Positions 11,690 through 24,974 of a DNA stretch of 64,000 bases are shown piece by piece; within the stretch, counting starts at the first letter, position 1, and each line of letters begins with the position of its first letter. Source of the DNA: Octopus vulgaris (lineage: Eukaryota). The DNA lies in the NCBI GenBank assembly GCA_951406725.2, contig OX597821.1:53134001-53198000 (forward strand), written 5' to 3'. A model generated the notes under the pieces. The model worked only from the letters and a program-made list of their open reading frames with translations. It was not told the DNA's origin and did not search any database. The position numbers were made by a program, and so were the translations under genes.

Positions 11690-11900
11690 TTTCGTGTGTG
11701 TTTGTCACCCACGTACGCTTGAGAACTGCATTCGTTCGTCTACGTCCCCGTTACCTAGCGGTCCTGGAAAAGAGAACAATAGAATAAATATCGGGTTTTA
11801 AAGGAAAATAACGTATGATTCGTTTGATGAAGGCCTTCAAAGCGGTGCGCCAGCATCGCTGCAGTCCAATGACTGAAATAAGTAAAAGATAAACGATAAA
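11690..11900 (+). mobile_element. SINE family B, 3' half
   Basis: Aligns to 33635-33830 (CCCCGT.AC.TAGC..AAAGAG..ATAGAATAA..GCGGTGC.CCAGCAT.GC.GCAGTC.AATGACTGAAATAAGTAAAAGA). Confidence 0.8.
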
Positions 11901-11927
11901 AAAAATATAGTGCACATACATACACGT

Positions 11928-11998
<71 letters not shown>

Positions 11999-12649
11999 TA
12001 ATCCAAACAAGAAAACAAAAAGACAACAACGCAAGGATGTGGAACAAATAAAGTATTATTGGACGCTCAGGAAAGAGGGGAAGAAGGAGGGTGTATGTAT
12101 ATATATACACACGCAAACACACAAGCACACACACACACAAGTACACACACACAAGCACACACACATATACACACACACACATTTGATCAAGGTTCAAAAT
12201 ACGTTTCCTCTATCAGTTAGCTGACAGCCTTATCTATTGCCCCGAAGCTGACCCTGTACGTTCAAAAAATTACAAACAGAAGTCCAGTACATCAGTATAA
12301 CGCTTTAAAAAACATGAATATCCGTTACAAGCTATACATTCTACCGTTGTGTCCGCTGCTATATCGTATAATATTGTCCTATTTATTCTTATTTTACTCC
12401 TCCTCCTCTACCTTCCTAACCTCTCCTACTAACGGCGCTGTCCTGTTATCTTACTATATTCGTTAATATTCGCAGTTTGTCTTTAAATATACAATGAGAA
12501 AGAGACCGTGTGCGTGTGTCGGTGGGGGGTGATATTGCTGTCTGTTTGCGGATGCAAGTGCGTGAGTGTATATGTCTCTGTGTGCATGTTAATGTGAGCG
12601 TTCTCTTATTGTTCTGTTTGCAAAAGTATTTATGCCATATGTACCATAT

Positions 12650-12693
<44 letters not shown>

Positions 12694-15600
12694 CTTGAGA
12701 ACATGAGTGTTTCCACGTGCAGTCAAGAGTCTTTGATCTTGTACCTGTGTGTGTTGTTGTTAGTACGTATTCGCTCAGGTGTGTTTGTGTGTGTGTGTGT
12801 GTGTGAAAGCTATATTTGTGTGTGCCTTTGGGTATGTGCGTTAAAAAAATGCGAGGCAATTTCCGACTTTGAGAATTGAAAGTACAAAACCTGAAACGAT
12901 AATTTCTATAGCTCTGGCCTATTTACAATTCTGATAATGTCACAAATCTTCCACTGTCTGGTTATAAGTAGAAAGAATCTATGGTAACATTGTTTTTCCA
13001 TCTGTGCAGGTTCACACGAATTTCTGTTTCATATTGTCAATAAAATTTGTCCATACAATTTTCCCCATTACGGCCTCTAGCAACTGGCGCTTTTGTAATA
13101 ACATTTTAAAGCATCTGTTGTCATTTGTTGACAACAAACACGATATTCTGTTTACATTTCAAAATTCTATTACTAGAAACCAGTTTCTCTTATTAAAGAC
13201 AGACCTCAAAGTAAAACAGAATGTCTGTTATTTCTTCCCGCTATTACAGAAAAATATATTGATTTTCTTTGATTCAAGTGCACGTGTGTTTGCAATGGAA
13301 ACGGATTAATTCATTGAATATATTCCGTTGTATTACAGGTAGTAGGTATTGCTTAGATCCAGGTCATTTCTGCATTGGGAAATGAAAGATCGTCAGGAAG
13401 CCAACCATGAACACCACATGTCTGTATCAAGATTATAGTATCTTGGGTTAATTCTAAAATATAAAGTATTTTATAAAGAGGCTACACTATTGTTTGAGGG
13501 AGTTTCGTTGCTATTTCTATCAGGTCATACAGCAATAAAGATACTCAAAGTGTTCTAAGATGCACTTCAAATACACGGTTTAACTGTCAGAGTAAACGGA
13601 CTCCTCGGAACAGCGATTCGAGTTAAAAGCAGAAACTGTCAGGTTCACTTACCGTAGACACATTTACATCTAAAGTGAAAGTTTCATTGCTGTAGCAATT
13701 ATTCACACAAGTTTATTCACTTCACGCCTTTTTGATTGTTTGTTCTTTTTTTTTTTTTTTGTTTTACATATCAGCTCGAGTGACTTTAAAGGAAAGTGTA
13801 TTTAACGAAAATTGGCATTTAGGTCAAAATATATATCTGCAATAACTTCAAGACGCTTCTGAGAGTAAGCGCGTGGCTCACATTCTATTTTATATTATTG
13901 ATGAGAGTTAAATTACCACAGGAATACGATGATAAACTGTTACAGATAACATGACATTCTTCCAAGGTAACGTCAAAATTTTCGTTGATAGATTTAGATG
14001 AAATGCCCGAAAACCACGAAATTTTAACAAGCTGTATGAACAAGTAGAACGTGCATTAAGTTATGAGGACGGACACGTTACTTAAATAGTATGCATGTAT
14101 GACTTTTGACACACACACACACACATACAGAGGGAAAAAAGAAAGCGAGTGAGAATATTTCGTAATGAGGTATGAAATCAAGAAAGGCAGGTTTAAGATA
14201 TATCTTATAGGATACTGAAAGTTGTAGCGTCATCAGAAACAAATATATTACTCTATTTTCATTTAAAACAGACACAGATTTGGCAGCGGAAACGCAAAAC
14301 TATTGAAAAACCTGACTTTTATCGCTTGTATTTGAGCAAGCAATTTACAAAAGCTTACATTAAAGTGCATTATCCCGTTCAAGTTCGAAATCCTGGGAAA
14401 CCAAACCTGGGATGAAGAACAAAGAGAAAGGGGCGATTTATCGGAGAATCACTTATTGAGCATAATACACACGCACACACACATATATATATATATATGT
14501 ATGTATATGTGTGTGTGTGCGTGCGTGTATGTGTATATATATACATATATGTATGAATATACGTATACATGTATGGATGTACAATCTCGTAGTAATATAA
14601 TTGTTATTTCTTCGCAATACTATCACTTGGGTTTATTATTTCTATTGATTCTAATACAGCGGCTGTTAAAGAGAAAGAAATGTATTTTGCTCGCCACAGA
14701 TCAGAAAATGTTTACTGCGAAAATGGGCGGGGGTAAGTGTTAGAAAGAAATGTAACCTTCTTTATCTCCTACTTTCGTTTTTATCCCCCCCCCCCTTATT
14801 ATTTGTCTCTCCTTTCTCTCTTTTTTCTATATCTCCCCCTCTTTCTCTGTATCTGGTCTTCGCTATCTCATTCACCCTCTCTACTGCCCTCTGACTCAGG
14901 GAATTCACAAAAATCAATAGAACCAGCGATTAAGCCATCCTTATCTGCTGTTCTTCCGGTAGTATAGAAATTAGATAAAACGTGAATAAATGTAACCCAA
15001 TTGTGATCAGGATCTGTTGTAAAGTAAAAGAGTACAAAATAGAAGAAAATAATGAGAATAATAGACAACAGAAACATATAAATGTTATTAAGCTTGTATT
15101 TTTCGTACTATCCCTTATCAACTCAACGTCTGTGTTTCAACTGACAAGATCTGCAGGTCCTATCGTTTTGCCAGCGCTCCACTGGGGCACAAACTGATAA
15201 AACAAACTTCTAATCACAGAATAAACTCTTACTACGTACTTATCAAGAGTACTGTATTATCTGATAAATTCTTGAATCCTACGAAACTGGGGAAGACTAA
15301 ATAAATAAAACATAAATCAAAGGAATTTTTGTAGAATGTTAATGTAAAATATAAATAATAAGTGACAAAGAAAACCTAATGCTCCTGTACAGAATTCAAG
15401 AAAACTCTAGTGATGCACTATGTAATATAGGACAACAAACACAAAAACCAGAGCACGTCTCTAGCTAGGAGTTTTCATAGGTTCCCAATGATGTTTCTTG
15501 TAGCCAATATGCATTTAACGGATCCAATATAATAGTATATGGATTTCTCTAACCATAAATATATCAGTAAATCGTTTTCCCTGGATGCTATCCGACGGCG

Positions 15601-16064
15601 AACTTGGCGAATAACCAAAACACATGCACTATGTAAATGCGATCGATTATGCTCACTCTGCTGGAGCTGCTTTTAATTTTCTTTCATATTCGCTACGCTG
15701 CAGCACCTCAGCAAATAGATTTGACTTTGTTTGCATATAAGTCACAGACCAGCGATTCACTTCGTTGCGAGATGATACGAGTACATATTATTGATAAGTC
15801 GCATTAATGACGAAATGTCGGCATCTAGCATTCTCGGCTTATCAGGCGAGTTGTCTTACCTACTGTGACATTCGGGTGTTCTTTAAAAATCGGCATCGTC
15901 TAGGGAGCCTCCTTTGGATGCTAGCTCGCAGCGAATCTGGCGTATTAAGAAAACAGATACACTATGTGTGTGCGAACGATAATATATGTGTGCAGGCATA
16001 TGAAGAGAATTTTTCTTGCATAGATATCTGTATCTTCCTCTATCTATCTATACTCATACGAATG

Positions 16065-16265
16065 AGGCGAGCTGGCAGAATCTTCACCACGCCGGGTAAA
16101 ATGTTTAGCGGTATTTTTTCCGTCTTTACTTTCTGTATTCAAATTCCGCCGAGGTCTGTTTTACCTACCATCGTTTTGGAGTCGATAAAATAAGTATTAG
16201 CTGAGCATTGGTGTCGATGTAATCGACTTACCCCCTGTGAGATTTTCGGCTTTGTGCGTATAGCA
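16065..16265 (+). mobile_element. SINE family A, diverged copy
   Basis: GGCGAGCTGGCAGAA..CGCCGGGTAAAATG..TTCAAATTCCGCCGAGGTC..GTCGATAAAATAAGTA..GTCGATGTAATCGACTT. Confidence 0.8.
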
Positions 16266-16759
16266 GAACAGTTTATTGAAGTGAACGCTATCTTTGCTTT
16301 TCTTTTTTTTTTTTAACATTTCCTTTAACCTTATACTACGTCTTTCGGTTCCCTGTAACTTCACGTAATCGTAATGAGTTTTAAGCAATTCTATTTGAAA
16401 TATGACAGAGCAAAACTTTGATGTGTTTCTGCTGCCGAAATTCATGAATAACTTGACTGCTTCAAACCATGTAGCTTCATATTTAGAAAGGGAGACAGTT
16501 TTTAATTTGTAATATGTTACTTTAATGTTTATAGAAATAACTCTCCCATATGGTATTTCTCAGTTGTGAAGAGAAATTATTGTTTGGAAACTAAATATTA
16601 CTTAGATCAGCAAATTTATGACACACGAAGATTTCCAGCATGCTTTGTATTTTGCTTACGAAAGTGTAGCATATCTGCAACAATTATGTAGTAGCTATAC
16701 TTTGGATCAAGCAAACTCATATTTGTTTTTCTCTTATATGTTAAGTGCAAGACTCTGAT

Positions 16760-17480
<721 letters not shown>

Positions 17481-18965
17481 AACATGTTTTACGTCATAAA
17501 CTATGTGCATATGCATCACCACAAATAATATTTACTGCAATGAAAAACAGGGATATTTCCAACCAAAATTTTGAATGTGAACGAATTACATTTTGGGATA
17601 AAAACCCATGTATATATTTATATAAAAACGTTTACAATACAAAGAACCCAAACACATACACACACACAAACGCACACACACACATGTATACGTACATATG
17701 AAATTAGTCGTACATACTACACTTTTATTAAAAATGCATCATGCATGTAAAAATTTGGGAACACCCGCACTCATGGTTTGATAAACCAAAAGATATACCT
17801 GAGCTACAAAGTCCAAAATATGGAGGCGTCACTTATTTCTTTATATTGCTAGATTCAACGTGGTGCACATTGCAATTTATACCAGTATTTGAATAAATAA
17901 ACAGGAAATGATGAAGATATATGGCGATTGCTTATATATCTTATTGCTATTTTGCGGTTGAAATTCCTTCAAAGAAGGTAAATTTGAATATAGTGGTATG
18001 AGTTTGGCATGAGTTAGTACCTGGAAAGAAATTCTGTTAGTGTATCTTAACATTTATGTGTTTATCTTGCGAGATGATATAAGGGTTGTAGTCCACCACT
18101 GTTTTAAAACATCGGTTGGACTTAATCCAATCTTGGCTGCATTACATATTAAACGATAGCAGTGGCCCACGCAAGATGTAATAAAAAAATATAGTATAAA
18201 TGCCTTTAAAGTGTGTAATGATGATGGGAGGCAAGGCTTAGAACGGCTAGTGAAACTGGGACACATAATCGATTTAAACGATTAAGTGAAAAACTTGACT
18301 ATAGAACCACGTCCACTATTTTTAATCTATTCTTCACTCACACACTCACAAACAACACGATAATAACATGTCGTTCTATTTAACCATATACAAACATTAT
18401 TAGATTTCTTCTGTACCACGTTTAGAATTATTACTGCTACGAGGATTGTGGGAGTAGCAGTAGCAGTAGTAGTATACGAAATACTTTACTGCATCAAGTG
18501 GAGAATGTTATTGTTATAGACTGAAATCTCATTCGGGTCAATTTCGTTTTTGTTTCATTCTTTATAGCGTGAGTGAAGTTCCTGTAATAAGCAGATTGTT
18601 GATTTAATCGACTACAACTTGCTACTGGAAAAAAAATCAATCTACTGCTAAGTCTAAATTTTTAGCGTTGTTGCATTTTATAAAATTAAGTTTCCTAATT
18701 GCAAAACTTTTAATTCTTTTCTCTAAGTAGAATGAATATTCCCTGATTGAAATCAGAAATATCTTTTAAAATTATCTCTTAATGAATTTAGAAGTACAGA
18801 AAGGGAAGGAGACATCATAGATCAGCATTTGATGAGAATAATATATTCATATATTTTATCGCTGGGCGCAGTCGTAATTATAGTCCTTGAAACATGAAGA
18901 GTTATTCAGAGAAATGTTTGTAATATCAATAATTAATCTCAAGTGAAAGTGCAATTCAAGTATGC

Positions 18966-18966
<1 letters not shown>

Positions 18967-19061
<95 letters not shown>

Positions 19062-19063
19062 GC

Positions 19064-19111
<48 letters not shown>

Positions 19112-19132
19112 ATACCTACCTACCTATCTATC
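18967..19132. repeat. (TCTA)n tetranucleotide microsatellite
   Basis: Directly visible. Confidence 0.95.
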
Positions 19133-19382
19133 TCACATAATTACAACTCTAGTCATACGAATGCTTAACATAAACACAGCTCCAGCACAGATACCCTTAC
19201 ATTAGACCATAACCACAACCCAACCCACCCTACTGACACTGCCCGGAGCACTACAACAAGCTCTACCACCCTTACAAATAGTACAATTAATAAGAACAAT
19301 AGTAATGATAACAATGATGATAACCTTCTTCTCTAACCTCTTCTCTGACCATATTACTCCCTCTATTCCTGAATACCTTCCC

Positions 19383-19810
19383 CAAAATTCACCTAATTGT
19401 AATTGCCGTCCTGTAACCATCTGCTCCTTACAAACCCATTGCAGAAGATATAATGTAATTTAGAAATGCACTGTCTTTAATCAATTACACAACTCTACAG
19501 CCATATACATAGGATCAACCAAACATTTTAAGCAACGATATGCCGCTCACCTCCATTCTTTTAGATACGATAATCAGTTAATCTACAACACTCGCCAACC
19601 ACATACATCATCTCAAAAATACAAAAAAACCTATACTCCATCATAGTCCATACTGGATTCGGTGCTTCCCTACTGAGGTCAACACTTAACCTGCAAGCTT
19701 TGCCTGAAGGAGGCACTTCACATATTAAAGCACAATTCTCCTGCATTGCTAACTAAATATAATGAGGCACTAAACACATGCAACCACCGCTTTTATCACA
19801 CATTCAAATT
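19383..19810 (+). pseudogene. GIY-YIG endonuclease domain of a PLE (pseudogene)
   Basis: CNCRPVTICSLQTHC (CxCx5Cx5C), NVI*KCTV (Y to TAG at 19461), YIGSTKHFKQRYAAHLHSFR, then after frameshifts STTLANHI and CKLCLKEALHI...CNHR. Confidence 0.85.
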
Positions 19811-21016
19811 CTACCACAAATACAAATGCCTAAATGGCCATGCAGTATATTTTCCCAATACACTTTAGGTAATCCCAATAACCTTATAAATCTACATTTT
19901 AACTTTAATCCCTGTCTAATTCCTCACCCGTACTCGAATATCACAACCAGCTAATTATATTCGTGTGTATATGCGTGCATGCATGGGTACGTGTAAATGT
20001 ATGTGTGAATGTATGTATTTATGCAAGGTATATATACCTGCGTGTACAGGGGCGATAATAATACAGATACACATATATATGGATGTGCATGTATACATAT
20101 ACATATGAGTACGAGTTGGATATGTAGATTGTGACATGTACATATATATGTATAAACATATATATTATATATATATATATATACATGTCTAATATATGCA
20201 TCTATATACATCATCACATATATATTTTCTCCTACTACTAATCACTGACCTGTCGAACCACCTAATCTATAGTTCTAAATGCTTCATTCCACCATATTAC
20301 TACCCCTCTCTCAACCGCATCACTTAGATTATATCACTACATAACTGACACTCCTTTAGCTTTTACACTATTATGCCTCTCTCTCTATCACCCCATTTCT
20401 TCTATCTGACACTCCTTTACTCTTTACCCTATCATTTTTTTACAATCTAATATCTTTCTCTCTCTATCACTCTCATCTTCCCATTCCTACTTTCAAGTAT
20501 TCTTAACTGACCACTAACAGGTACATTTTCCCTGTCTTCATCTCTTTTTTATCTCTCTCCTTGTTTTTCTTTTTTCTTTCTTTTCTTTATTATTCTCTTC
20601 CTGTTTTTTCATCTTTTTTCTTCTCTTTTTTCTTTTTTCTTCTCTTTTTTCTTTTTTCTTCTCTTTTTTCTTTTTTCTCCTCTTTTTTCTCTTTTCTTTA
20701 TTCCTCTCTTCCTGTTTTCGATTTGACTTTACAAATACATTCCCTACTTTTAGGTCACTTTAAATAAAACCCTCGATTCCATAGCACTGGTTACAAACTC
20801 TATACTCCTATATTTAAAATTGGAATGTCCAATTTTAAATACTATTGGAATTTACTCACAAGGTATTGCAATCTTATATGTATACTATTCTGCCTAAATA
20901 ATGGATCCACAAATGCAATACCCCTGCATATCTCACATCTATTTTCATTCCTCCACTGCACTCTCTTTTTCGTATCTTATCTAAATTAACCATTTTCTTA
21001 ACCATTTTCCCACACC

Positions 21017-21064
21017 GTCCCCGATGAACGGATATTATAAATATCCTGAAAACAGCTGTAAGAC
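21017..21064 (+). ncRNA. Hammerhead motif (U4C family P2) in a PLE pLTR
   Basis: GTCC-CCGATGA-AC-GGATAT-TATAA-ATATCC-T-GAAA-ACAGCTGT-A-AGAC: 6-bp stem II, palindromic stem III, GUA triplet. Confidence 0.65.
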
Positions 21065-21139
21065 CTTATATTTATAAATGTTCTAAAATCTTCACAGCCT
21101 TGGTTTTATATCTTATTCTAGAAAAGAAATTATATATAT

Positions 21140-21322
21140 ATATTTTTTCTCTCACCTTGCTTCTTTATTTTCTCTCCTTGTTTCTTTCTGTATTCCTTTC
21201 TGTGGAAGAGCCTAGGCTCGAAACGTTAAAGAATTTTTCACTTCTCGAGTTTTATACTAATACATCTGTTAGTTGTCTACAACACCTGTCTTCGTCTTTT
21301 TTTTTGTGAATTCTCACTATAT
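21140..21322 (+). mobile_element. PLE pLTR fragment (family P1)
   Basis: Homologous to the reverse complement of 1693-1855; flanked by short TA runs. Confidence 0.7.
21196..21231 (+). ncRNA. Minimal hammerhead motif (A6U family P1)
   Basis: CTTT-CTGTGGA-A-GAGC-CTAG-GCTC-GAAAC-GTT-AAAG. Confidence 0.6.
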
Positions 21323-21495
21323 ATATATAATCTTCCTTGTTTGTCTAATCATTTATCTAACTAACCGCTAGCTATCCATCAACACATTCATCCATCCATC
21401 CATCTATCCCTCCATCCATCTATCTATCTAGCTGTCTATACGTCTATTTTCTTGCACACGCACATATACACATACACACTTATTATCGGTTAAAT

Positions 21496-21774
21496 CAGTG
21501 GTTCTTAGCTATTTTTTGCTTATGGACCCCTTTCATTCCCATTATACTCTACTGGTTCCCCCATAGCATTTCGGTGTTTAAAAATCCTTTTCTATGTTTA
21601 TAATTAAATATAATTTGAAATGTTTTCAAAAATTGTTTAATTATTTTGTGTCTTGTAAAAATATATGTAATTTATTGAACATAAAATTGAACAGCAAAAT
21701 CGTATATGGATCCCCCAAAGCCTCTTTATAAGATTTTGTTGTTAAACGTCATGGACTCCGGCTGAAAACGACAG
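21496..21774. mobile_element. hAT/Charlie-type MITE
   Basis: Termini CAGTGGTTCTTAGC / GGCTGAAAACGACAG, internal (T)ATGGACCCC-like repeats, 8-bp TSD GGTTAAAT/GGTTAGAT (7 of 8 match). Confidence 0.7.
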
Positions 21775-23012
21775 GGTTAGATTAACTATAATTTTGTAAT
21801 CATAATGAAAGGCTATATTTTGATTCAGTATAAAACTTTTCGTACAATGAATATCTGAATTAAACTTAATAAAACTGAAATACATCAATTATTTAATTAA
21901 TATCTTTATTAAGAGTAATTAACTCCTACACTGATTGAAGATCGACGCATAGACTCTCATATTGTAACTGTCGAAGATAAATATGCATGAATATCCAAAT
22001 TTATTTCTTTAACTGAAACGGATTTTAAAACTTGTAAACATTAAAATTGCGATGCTGATTCTAATCATTATTAGTGCGGATATCCACTATAGAAATGCAG
22101 TACAGATATATACAATATCTTTCCCCTTTGCTGTATTTCTATTATTGTAAATGAATAAGATTGCAAATACCTCCATTCTAACTGTTAACGTTGTCTCCTT
22201 TTCAGTATACTTTATTGATTTTGAAAAAAAATTCCTTCCAGCAGTATTTTGTATTGTACTGTTTGTTGTTTCCTACTGCGACTTCAACAAATAAAATGAT
22301 ATAACTTTATTTAAACATCCTGATCTCTGACAATAACCTAATAATATAATGATGCAAAGAAGCAAACCGTAAACTGTAAATCACACACATATACACACGC
22401 GCGCCAACGTACGCCACCACCATCACCACCACCACAGCAACAACCACCATCACCGCCACATCCATTTAACTTATTATTTAAAAAAATGTTTTAATCTAAC
22501 TGATTATTCACAAAGTGAAGGAAAAATTACATTGGAGAAAAAAAAATTGTAGCTTGCTTAATAGAATGAAATGGTGAATTTATAAGCTAAAAATGTAAAT
22601 TGAAGAAAAATTTTGATTTTTTTAGCGACAAAAATCTAATCAATGACTTTATACGTCAGGAAAATGAGTTTACCCTTAAATAAAACATAGAGATTTAGGA
22701 AGTGAGAGAGCGAAGCAAAATGGAGAAAGATAAATGATAAATTAAATAAAATCATAGGCGAAGGAAGGTGAACAAATACACGGAGAGGAAAAGTAGAATG
22801 CAAGTGTTACTACTGAAATAAGCTGAAATTTTATCTCCAAATGTAGTTCACTACAAGTGCATTGCTTTCTATATAACAGGTGCTGACCTTCTTTCGCATA
22901 TAAGAATAAGAAATAAAAATATATTCAGTGGTCTGTGTATATCTATACACACAGACACGCACACACATATAAATATATATATGTGTATATTTATCACATA
23001 TTCATACATGTG

Positions 23013-23134
<122 letters not shown>

Positions 23135-24036
23135 TGTCCTTGTTCTCTCTAACTAGAATTTGCGTTTCCTTGCGAGACTATTAGCAGAACAAATACGTGA
23201 AGCCTTGGATGAGCATCTCTTATTTATCAGTTGAAGTGTATTCACAGACATACAGAGGAGATTGTTTTTGAGGGTATTTTTTTCTCCGGGATTATTTAAC
23301 CAGTATATATTCTGTTGTCGTCAAAACCTTTTTAAATTGCTCAACAGCTTGTGAGAATGACGTTCCTATTCGAGCAACTTTGAGGGCCATGAAACCTTAC
23401 AGGGTGCCACTGAACTAAGTGTACTATACTAAGGTGCAAGCATGTTTTTATGGTTCTTGTGTCGTTTTTAATAATCCTTAGTCAGAAGTTAGATCCCAGC
23501 ACCTCATGGTTTGAAGCCAAACACACATATACGCACACACATATACACACACATAAAGACATGTGATACACAGATGCACACGTATAGATACATACACATA
23601 TGCACGCATATAATGACGAGATTCAGGTGTTGTTATATGACATGAAATATACAACTAAGTTTCGTGCAGATCTTCCTTCTCCCATATTTTGTGAAAGAAA
23701 AGACGATTTGGATAATGTGCTAATAACTTTGACCATCCTTTCGGAAAGATAGAGTGGTCGCAGCTGGAAGATCTTCGACAAAAGTCTCCTTGGCCACTAG
23801 CTGCTTAGGTTTAATGAAACAATAATGTCCGAAGTGATTATGATAATATTCTAGAAGTAATTTATGTAGCTAGTGACTAGCAGTCTGAAATTAATTGCTC
23901 TTTGAACAGTAAAATTACAGTGAATATTCTTTAGTCATACTCGCTAATTAGCTGTTAAATCGTAATGAGCATATTTAATAAAATATATCTTTTAGATATT
24001 TCATATAATTTGACCAGTTGATATCATTAACTATTA

Positions 24037-24306
24037 CAGAGGTTTTCAACCGCTGCGCTTCAACCCATTTGTCCGCATGTGTGTCGCGAGTTTTTCACGA
24101 AACTTGAGTACTTTAATGCAATCAGTAAAAAATCATCAAAGGCTACAGCAAACTGCAATGCTTGCTCCCAGCATTGTTTCAAAACGCATTTCATGTGATA
24201 CTTCAGTTTGCCATCTTTGTTATATCTTTAGTATATTCTTTATTTATAAGATTACTGGTTACAATGACTTGGTCGGAGGGTGGACAACGAAGTTTGAAAA
24301 TGTTGT
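24037..24306. mobile_element. Possible degenerate hAT MITE
   Basis: CAGAGGTTTTCAACC start, GTGTGTCGCGAG internal motif, AAGTTTGAAAATGTTG end; no clean TSD. Confidence 0.3.
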
Positions 24307-24881
24307 GAATTACAGAAAAAAACCAACTGATCTTAAATGAAATGAAAAGCTTGCTGCTTGACATTGAAGTAGCAGAATGAACACTCGCGTAACATAACTA
24401 GATACGTAATGTTAATGAGTTAAAATTACGCCTACTACAACGAGAAAAATCTAATACCTATACGACATTATTAGATAGTGATATATAATCTCTATTTATG
24501 AAAAACAACCAAACATTTTCAGAAGTTTTGTGTAAATTTCAGCAATCTACAACTGGACGATAAGTATTTACAAACACTCACGCACACATATATACATACA
24601 AACATAAGCATACAAACGTAAATCACAGACGGTTTCGTGGAAAACTATTACTGTTCTCAGTGGGCTAGCGTGTAAGAGGCTGAATACTCCAAAGACAAGT
24701 GTTTAACCATAACAGTATTTGAAGTAAATTCAGCGTTTGACGTTTGAATGCAAATGCAACCCATTGGAAGGGCTTCTGCACAAAGAACGAAACCCAGGTG
24801 TTTATGATTGCGAAAGGAACTTATCCAAACGGGTATATGTCTCTCTCACTCTCTCCCCCTCTCTATCTATCTATCTATCTA

Positions 24882-24927
<46 letters not shown>

Positions 24928-24974
24928 CAGGAGGTAATTGAGATTAATTTGCATTTGTCCTTTTCCCTCATACT

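Larger units (their letters stand above)
19140..21120 (+). mobile_element. 5'-truncated Penelope-like retroelement (Naiad/Neptune-type): GIY-YIG endonuclease remnant plus long 3' region/pLTR with HHR
   Basis: Endonuclease remnant at 19383-19810; pyrimidine-rich 3' region homologous to the minus-strand copy at 26585-27400; HHR at 21017. Confidence 0.8.

Noticed and set aside
15807-16193. 128-aa ORF
   Set aside because: Runs into SINE A sequence; no domain motif
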